DNA of 64,000 nt from Acidobacteriota bacterium (GTDB taxonomy: Bacteria > Acidobacteriota > Blastocatellia > RBC074), in contig JANRKX010000067.1 of NCBI GenBank assembly GCA_033763255.1, forward strand, positions 33,957 through 97,956, read 5' to 3'. The notes beneath the pieces were generated by a model. It was not told where the DNA came from. It searched no databases and saw only the letters and a program-made list of their open reading frames with translations. A program made the translations under genes and the position numbers. Positions 58,399-64,000 of the stretch are shown piece by piece (position 1 is the stretch's first letter; every line of letters starts with the position of its first letter).

Positions 58399-60252
58399 CT
58401 ATGTCTCCTCCACGGCATTTAGGGCAACATCTTCTTCGGCGTTCGAGGTCACGGCAATTATCCGGGGTTGTTCAATCATTGGATGGGAGGGTGGAAAGAA
58501 CATCGGGCGGGCGCGTTCCAGCACCGGGATATGATCGGCGGCCTCGGTTTCCGATGCGCGCGTAAAGCCGTAAATGTCTTGATGAGCCTCAACGTTCTTC
58601 CATAGCTTCAAACTATCAAATAGCAGGTTCGAACTGCCCCCGCCCATCTTTGAATCTTGCGTACCGGCGAGCTTGGAATCCTGCGTACCGGCGAGTTTTG
58701 AATCCTGCGTACCGGCAAGTTTTGAATCCTGCGTACCGGCGAGTTTTGAATCCTGTGTGCCAGCCAGTTTTGAATCCTGTGTGCCAGCCAGTTTTGAATC
58801 CTGCGTACTGGCGTGTAATCCATCACTAAACCTGAATGGCGATGAGTTCCTGATCTTCTTTCCGGGAAGAGGAGACTCTGTGTAATTCTCATATTTGCGA
58901 CGCGAGACCTCACCAAGGTATTTCTTGAGAAAATCGCCCCACGGCAGCAGCGAACCAGCGGTTGTCTGACTAAACCCGGTAGCTTCTGTAGTTGCCCATA
59001 GCGATTTGTAATCTTGTTCCGCAGCTTCGTATGCCTCCAACGACCACGGGAAAAAGATCGAGACTCCGTTGGAGTATTGACACCTTCCACCGCTAAAACC
59101 ACTCTGGATCACGACTTCTTGAAGCGCCTGCAAAATATCCTTGCAGCCCCATTTCAGATCAGACAAAAGCTGGTCATGAGCGCCGCTTCCCAATTCATTT
59201 TCGATACAATCACATTCCTGTAAGAGCAACTCGCAAAAATCCCCCAGGTCAACATTCTGTTCGTACATGTATGACTGACATTTCCAGTGAACCTTGAGAA
59301 TGGCACGTTCCATCGGCAGGTAAAGGGGGCTTCCTGATTCAAAGCATTTGAGCAAGTTACTGGAGAGCGCACCTACGGCAACCTGCAACTCAATGAACTT
59401 GTCCATATTCCAGGCGGCCATGTCTACGGAAACACCTCCGATGACAAACTCGCTCTGGCCTTTGATGTAATTCTCGACCAGACCTGCCGCTAAATCTTCG
59501 GTGGTTTTGTCAGTGCTTTCACAGAGGTCTCGGAGCAGCTTTGCATAAGTCCAACCCGCGCTGGGAATGCTTCCCTCCGAAACGATCATCGTCTTCGCGC
59601 AGTGTTTGAACTGAGAACCCACCTCGAACATACCCATCACACAACTGTCGAATCCCAGAATATCGAGTCGCCGGCCGAGTAACTCATCGGCATTCTCACC
59701 CAATAAAAACCGTTCGGTAAATTTGTCGTCACCCCAGGGATTGACATTAAAGTCCGATGGATTGGCTTTAACATTCGACAGGAACTCCTGATCCGAAGTC
59801 ATCCGATCAACGGCATACATAAGATCACCAAGGTTCATGGATTTGCCGGAGGTTTCATCCCGGAACAAACCTTCGCCCAGAAATCCCAGCGAATGCCCTG
59901 AAAGAATAAAGGCATATCGTTCGGCACGCCCCGATTGCTTGTTCACGCACCAATCCACAAAGTTCAGGATGGAGTTTGGGTCTGCCGCGTTTTCATTGAT
60001 TCTGTTTTCCGTAACCCGAAAGGGCTTATCCGCGATCTTATGTGAGCGGTAGTATTCCGCTTCTTTACCGGAGAAATCGCAGTACAACGTCGGCATGCTG
60101 GGTGAGTTACCATCGTAATAAACAAACAGGTTCAGCCTACCGTTGGCTTCATTGGCAAACTCTTTTAACTGTCCCATTGCATAAGCCATATTGGCGGCCA
60201 GATTATTATCTCCAGCCATATACAGCATGATCGTCCATTCTTTTTTGTTCAT
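58399..60252 (-). CDS. clostripain-family (peptidase C11, clan CD) cysteine peptidase, cytoplasmic, with C-terminal octapeptide repeat
   Basis: N-terminal KEWTIMLYMAGDNNL; catalytic His (FILSGHSLGF) and Cys (ILGFDSCVMGM) contexts; no signal peptide. Start at the internal MNKKEW, because the ORF-track start lies in the MITE. Confidence 0.7.
   Translation of the reverse strand: MNKKEWTIMLYMAGDNNLAANMAYAMGQLKEFANEANGRLNLFVYYDGNSPSMPTLYCDFSGKEAEYYRSHKIADKPFRVTENRINENAADPNSILNFVDWCVNKQSGRAERYAFILSGHSLGFLGEGLFRDETSGKSMNLGDLMYAVDRMTSDQEFLSNVKANPSDFNVNPWGDDKFTERFLLGENADELLGRRLDILGFDSCVMGMFEVGSQFKHCAKTMIVSEGSIPSAGWTYAKLLRDLCESTDKTTEDLAAGLVENYIKGQSEFVIGGVSVDMAAWNMDKFIELQVAVGALSSNLLKCFESGSPLYLPMERAILKVHWKCQSYMYEQNVDLGDFCELLLQECDCIENELGSGAHDQLLSDLKWGCKDILQALQEVVIQSGFSGGRCQYSNGVSIFFPWSLEAYEAAEQDYKSLWATTEATGFSQTTAGSLLPWGDFLKKYLGEVSRRKYENYTESPLPGKKIRNSSPFRFSDGLHASTQDSKLAGTQDSKLAGTQDSKLAGTQDSKLAGTQDSKLAGTQDSKLAGTQDSKMGGGSSNLLFDSLKLWKNVEAHQDIYGFTRASETEAADHIPVLERARPMFFPPSHPMIEQPRIIAVTSNAEEDVALNAVEET
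58649..58816. repeat. 7 tandem copies of a 24-bp unit inside the C11 peptidase CDS, encoding (TQDSKLAG)n
   Basis: TTTGAATCCTGCGTACCGGCGAGT repeated with a few substitutions; in-frame. Confidence 0.85.
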
Positions 60253-60321
60253 TGCTTGATCTCTGATTGGTAAATGGTTTTTCCGCAGTCCGCTCCTACT
60301 ATAGCGAATTGCAGTTGGGTG

Positions 60322-60447
60322 CGACCGATGTTTGGAGTGCGGTGGCTCGACGCCGCTTTTGCGTTCAGTTGCAAAGCATTGTGGAGAAACAGAGACGGCT
60401 GATTTCGAACGAAAAGCTGCGCCAAGTCGCAGCACTCCAAAAGGTCG
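60322..60447. repeat. palindromic MITE-like element
   Basis: TTTGGAGTGCGGTGGCTCGACGCCGCTTTTGCGTTC...GAACGAAAAGCTGCGCCAAGTCGCAGCACTCCAAA. Lies 70 nt upstream of the C11 peptidase start. Confidence 0.6.
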
Positions 60448-60714
60448 CATCCATTTGAAAACCGCTATAAGCGCATACGAAGAGTTACTCGACTCAATTC
60501 AGGCAGTATACGGCTAACCGGAATTAGAGCAATCCCGGTTGATCGAGCGACTCAGATTCCTGCCACGAGCCGGCGGAGAGCTTGTCCCAATCTCGACGTA
60601 AGGGCTTTTTGGGGTGATGTGACAAACCGTCAGAAGAACAAATCACGGCGTAATAATTTGCATACACCGTAAAAACCCGCGAAAGTGTTTGTCGAGACGA
60701 TTGAAGCACCGCAC

Positions 60715-60846
60715 AAACGCTTCATCACGCTGAAACGCTCAGCTCACGTCCCAATGCTGGAAGAACCCGGACTGTTTTTGCTGACGCTGATTCAGGAAGC
60801 GCTACCACTCACGGAAGGCCGCGCCGCATTTGCCCCTATGCGGTAG
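60715..60846 (+). pseudogene. 3'-terminal remnant of an alpha/beta-hydrolase-like gene (copy B)
   Basis: Translates to ([13 protein letters not shown])[43 protein letters not shown]. The frame closes by a stop about 35 nt upstream. Confidence 0.45.
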
Positions 60847-60945
60847 CAAGTTTTACGTTTCCTTGCTCTGAGCAGGCGAATGGCTTGTGCTAAACTCAGC
60901 GTAAGGTTTTGGAGCAATTCTAAAAATGGTCGAAGGAGTGGCGTT

Positions 60946-61200
60946 ATGAATACCGTAGAAGCAAATCTCAATCCCAGCATTGACCTGGCCGACTTCAAGG
61001 CGCGTTGCCTGGAAGTCCTGGAGCAATTGGTTGCGCCCGGCTTGCCCGATTTGATCGTCACCAAAGAAGGTCGCCCGCTGGCGCGCATCACGCCTGTCGT
61101 CGCCGTCAACAATGAACAGTTGATTGGCTCAATGCACGGCCAGATAGCCATTCACGGTGATGTGTTCTCAACAGGAATCGAATGGGATGCTCAACCTTGA
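60946..61200 (+). CDS. type II antitoxin, Phd/YefM-like (VapB role)
   Basis: RBS aaggagtgg; 84 aa; TKEGRPLARITPV motif; overlaps the downstream PIN gene. Confidence 0.6.
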   Translation: MNTVEANLNPSIDLADFKARCLEVLEQLVAPGLPDLIVTKEGRPLARITPVVAVNNEQLIGSMHGQIAIHGDVFSTGIEWDAQP

Positions 61201-61546
61201 TACGCATATTTTGATTTACCTGCTTGATGGCACATTGAACCTGCGTGAGCATCAATTGGTGGCACAGCAACCGCTGGCAATTTCTGACATTGTCTTGTGG
61301 GAATTAGCCAAACTGGTTCAGCTTGGGCGCATCACGCTTGACCTCGGCAGTCCCGCTTTTCAAACGTGTCTGCAACAATTGACCGTCATTCCTGTTAGCG
61401 TGGAAATCGCCCGCGCCAGCACACAACTGGGTTTCCGCTCCGATCCCGCCGATGAATTGATTGCTGCCACCAGCATTGTCACTAAGGTTCCTTTGCTGAC
61501 GCGCGATCATAAAATTCTCGGCTCTCAGCTTGTGCCTTTTGCCTAG
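61187..61546 (+). CDS. vapC: PIN-domain toxin VapC
   Basis: MLNLDTHILIYLL N-terminus with acidic residues at PIN positions (D, E, D...TRD). Confidence 0.75.
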   Translation: MLNLDTHILIYLLDGTLNLREHQLVAQQPLAISDIVLWELAKLVQLGRITLDLGSPAFQTCLQQLTVIPVSVEIARASTQLGFRSDPADELIAATSIVTKVPLLTRDHKILGSQLVPFA

Positions 61547-61577
61547 GCTCAATCCCCACTTCGTCAATCAATTCATT

Positions 61578-64000
61578 TCAATAGTCGAAAGCTCCTTGCT
61601 CCGCGACGACTTTGCGGCCTTTCTTGTTTTTGAAGTTAGCGGGAAGCTCAAAGGCATGGGCCGCGTTCAATTCGTCCGCCGTGATGGTTGTTCCTGCACA
61701 GACGCGGTCGAGCAGTTCGGCTTGTGCCGGTTCCAACTCAATCAGCCGTCCCAACACATTCAGCACGTTGATGAGTTCCGTCGTGTATTCGGGCAACCAG
61801 TGGTCGGGTTGAATCTCGCCAAGTTTGGAAGGCGGGCGACGGTCGCCAATGATCGGTCGTTCGCGGTTGGCTTTGCGGTAACTGAACCATTGACGCAAGA
61901 CCTGCTTGCCGGAAACTTCGTAACTCCACATTTGCGGCGTAACGCGCTCGACGTAGCCGCTGCCGATCTTCAGCCGCTGATTCGTTTCGTCGTATTCGAT
62001 GGTGTCGGGCATCGCGTCGGCGTCTTGCGGAATCGCGCCGTTTTTCGGGATGCGCGGCATGGCTTCGGCGGACAAACGGGGCGGAGCAGCCGGACGGCCT
62101 TGTTTGGGGGCGGCGAAGCGTTCGCCAAAAGTGTGCAGCCAAATCACAGTGCGTCCCAGCGCGGCGGCGGCGATAAAAGTTTCGGCGTCAGCGGTCAGCG
62201 GAATCCTCAAGCCCGGTTGCACTAGGTCAGCTTGGAAGCGCGAAGTGAAAGCTGGGTGCGCGGCGACGGCGGCGATGTAAGCAAACAAATCTTCGGCGCT
62301 GACTTCGCGTTGATAACGCTGGCCAAGATACGTCAGCAAGTTGGGCGGAAGGTTCGGCACGCTGGCTTCGCGGTCATGCCAGAGCGGAAAGGCGCGCCCG
62401 CCGAATGAGCCTTTGTAGTGATGCAAGTCGGGAATCAAACCTGTGAAAGTGAGCGATGGGCCGGATGTCGGTGAATGGGCATCAAATGCGGTCAAATATA
62501 CTTGGCGATCTGAATAGACCTCCCATAATTGCGCGTTCGGCTGTGTGATAACGCGGGCATCTGGAATGATCCACTGCCGGTTAAACGAGCGAAATCCATA
62601 ACGTACTGGCGGTTGACACTGGCCCTTTTCGTCAACCAACTGAGTGAGAGTCGGCTTGTAGCCAGGTAATGCTTCTTTCACTACTGATCGGATGTGACGG
62701 TCGGCTGGCTTTCCATCACGTAACGTCGCGTGGAATAACTCTTCCTTCTCGCTAACTGGCGCGGTGATAAGCGCCTGCCATCGTTTCTCCAATGATTCTG
62801 CGTCCGGCGCAATGACCCAAGTGCGCTTTGGTTGAGTGCCAGCACCGTTGTAGATGAACAAATCTGTAAGCGCAGGAAATGTTGCCCACGCCCCCGTCGC
62901 GGCGGGTAAAAACGACGCGCGCCAATCAGTGGAACATTCCGCCCAGCCGTCAGCATCCAGCGTCAGATTTTTCAACGCTTCAAACTTGTCTTGCCGATGT
63001 CCGGCGGGCAGCGAACGATAGCGCACCGTCGCGGGCGTATCCGGCTTCGTGCCTTTGGGACGCGCAGCCAGCACGATGCAAACCGGTTGTTGCACACCTT
63101 CAAAGATGCGCGTGTTGACTTCGGGCTGGTGGCCTTCGGGCGAACAATCAATCACCCAGATTTCCTGCGCGGTGCGGCGCAAATAATCGCGCATCCGCTC
63201 AAACCCTGGCCCGTTCAGAAAGCCCGCCACAGTGATGAAACAGACGATGCCCGTGTTGTGTTGCGGGTCGTGGTCGAAGACCTTCCACGTCGCCCATCGC
63301 CAGAAATAAATGTACAGGTTGCGAAGGTGTTTGGAGTGCGCGCTGACGCCCCATTCGGCGGGAGGAATCCAGGCGCCCAGCGGCGCGGGTTCGGGCGAAT
63401 TTTTGCTGTCGGTTTCAACCCAGCCGCCCAAACCTTTAGCCTTTTCTTTGTAGGGCGGATTGCCGAGCACGACGGTAATCGGTTCGCGCTTTTTGATTTC
63501 GTTGGCATCTTTGCGGGATTTGGCGATGGTTCCCAGAATGCCGGGAATCCATTCTTCTTCGACGTAAGGATTGCTGAGCGTGTCGGTGACGAACATACGC
63601 GGCGGCGCTGGCACCGTGCCGGTCAGGTCAGCCAACTCGGCCAGAATCCGCAATTGCGCCACGGCGAAAGGCCCCAACTGCATCTCGAATCCGACCAGCC
63701 GTTGCGCCGCCGCCTTGATCGCCGCTGACACTGAGCCGGAGCCTTCGTCCGCTTCAACTGTTTCGGCAATCCGCCGCAAAACGCCAAGCAGGAAAGTGCC
63801 GGTTCCGACTGCCGGATCGGCCAGAGTTACGGCGGGCGAAGCCAACCCGGCGTGCTGGGCAAAACGAGTGCGTAACGTTTCATCCACCAACTGCACCATC
63901 GCGCCGACGACTTCGGGCGGCGTGTAATACGAACCGGTTTTCTTTCGCAGCGCATTGTCGTAAACCGCCAGAAAGTCTTCGTAAAAATAGAGCCAGGCGT
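61578..64000 (-). CDS. large gamma-class N6-adenine DNA methyltransferase with long C-terminal target-recognition region (type IIG / PglX / DrmMI-like); N-terminus outside window
   Basis: Frame open to the window edge. Upstream of the first in-window Met it encodes ...KTGSYYTPPEVV (motif X), then DPAVGTGTFL (motif I) and VVLGNPPYKEK (motif IV). More than 800 aa. Confidence 0.75.
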   Translation of the reverse strand, partial: AWLYFYEDFLAVYDNALRKKTGSYYTPPEVVGAMVQLVDETLRTRFAQHAGLASPAVTLADPAVGTGTFLLGVLRRIAETVEADEGSGSVSAAIKAAAQRLVGFEMQLGPFAVAQLRILAELADLTGTVPAPPRMFVTDTLSNPYVEEEWIPGILGTIAKSRKDANEIKKREPITVVLGNPPYKEKAKGLGGWVETDSKNSPEPAPLGAWIPPAEWGVSAHSKHLRNLYIYFWRWATWKVFDHDPQHNTGIVCFITVAGFLNGPGFERMRDYLRRTAQEIWVIDCSPEGHQPEVNTRIFEGVQQPVCIVLAARPKGTKPDTPATVRYRSLPAGHRQDKFEALKNLTLDADGWAECSTDWRASFLPAATGAWATFPALTDLFIYNGAGTQPKRTWVIAPDAESLEKRWQALITAPVSEKEELFHATLRDGKPADRHIRSVVKEALPGYKPTLTQLVDEKGQCQPPVRYGFRSFNRQWIIPDARVITQPNAQLWEVYSDRQVYLTAFDAHSPTSGPSLTFTGLIPDLHHYKGSFGGRAFPLWHDREASVPNLPPNLLTYLGQRYQREVSAEDLFAYIAAVAAHPAFTSRFQADLVQPGLRIPLTADAETFIAAAALGRTVIWLHTFGERFAAPKQGRPAAPPRLSAEAMPRIPKNGAIPQDADAMPDTIEYDETNQRLKIGSGYVERVTPQMWSYEVSGKQVLRQWFSYRKANRERPIIGDRRPPSKLGEIQPDHWLPEYTTELINVLNVLGRLIELEPAQAELLDRVCAGTTITADELNAAHAFELPANFKNKKGRKVVAEQGAFDY

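Noticed and set aside
58649-58816. 24-bp tandem repeat as a possible CRISPR or non-coding satellite
   Set aside because: There are no spacers. The repeat is in-frame within a long ORF and encodes a regular octapeptide.
1-64000. tRNA, rRNA or tmRNA genes, and integrase or phage genes
   Set aside because: I found no cloverleaf-like GC-rich segments with tRNA hallmarks, no rRNA-like stretches, and no integrase or recombinase ORFs. The island hypotheses therefore rest only on repeats and composition.

Overview
The window is a GC-rich (about 58-62%), densely coding chromosomal segment that looks acidobacterial, most like Candidatus Solibacter. The taxonomic guess rests on two giant secreted repeat proteins ending in a shared ~240-aa C-terminal domain of the Solibacter C-terminal (TIGR03437-like) type, on several ECF sigma factors paired with Ser/Thr kinases, and on a WD40/TPR/PD40-rich signalling repertoire. 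About 45 genes are called. They include a partial MogA/MoaB, an M48 peptidase, a SIS-GT2-GT-C glyco-modification trio, an Rpn/YhgA nuclease, a GMC oxidoreductase, two giant Ig-repeat proteins (one with Kelch blades), four Ser/Thr kinases, four ECF-type sigma factors, a secreted CHAT-TPR caspase-like protein, MgtE, a cytochrome c peroxidase, a BNR/Asp-box protein, a RAYT transposase with its REPs, DinB, a PQQ beta-propeller protein, a serine hydrolase, a Zn-ADH, an AraC/GyrI regulator, a lectin-metalloprotease, an intracellular clostripain (C11)-like peptidase, two toxin-antitoxin pairs, and a large gamma-class N6-adenine DNA methyltransferase cut by the window edge. There are no rRNA, tRNA or CRISPR features. 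The most interesting non-genic structure is repeat biology. First, a family of 105-135 bp palindromic MITE-like elements (6 loci) sits almost always within 0-10 nt 3' of a stop codon; one locus is tandemly triplicated and abuts a truncated PolX gene. Second, a RAYT/REP locus has a REP doublet inserted in-frame into the juxtamembrane linker of a kinase. Third, a 24-bp in-frame tandem repeat lies inside the C11 peptidase gene. Fourth, diverged direct repeats of gene fragments (an alpha/beta-hydrolase 3' tail and an internal ADH segment) flank blocks that look like inserted or rearranged DNA. Coordinates derived from internal start codons are by codon arithmetic from the ORF track; repeat coordinates are +/- 2 nt.
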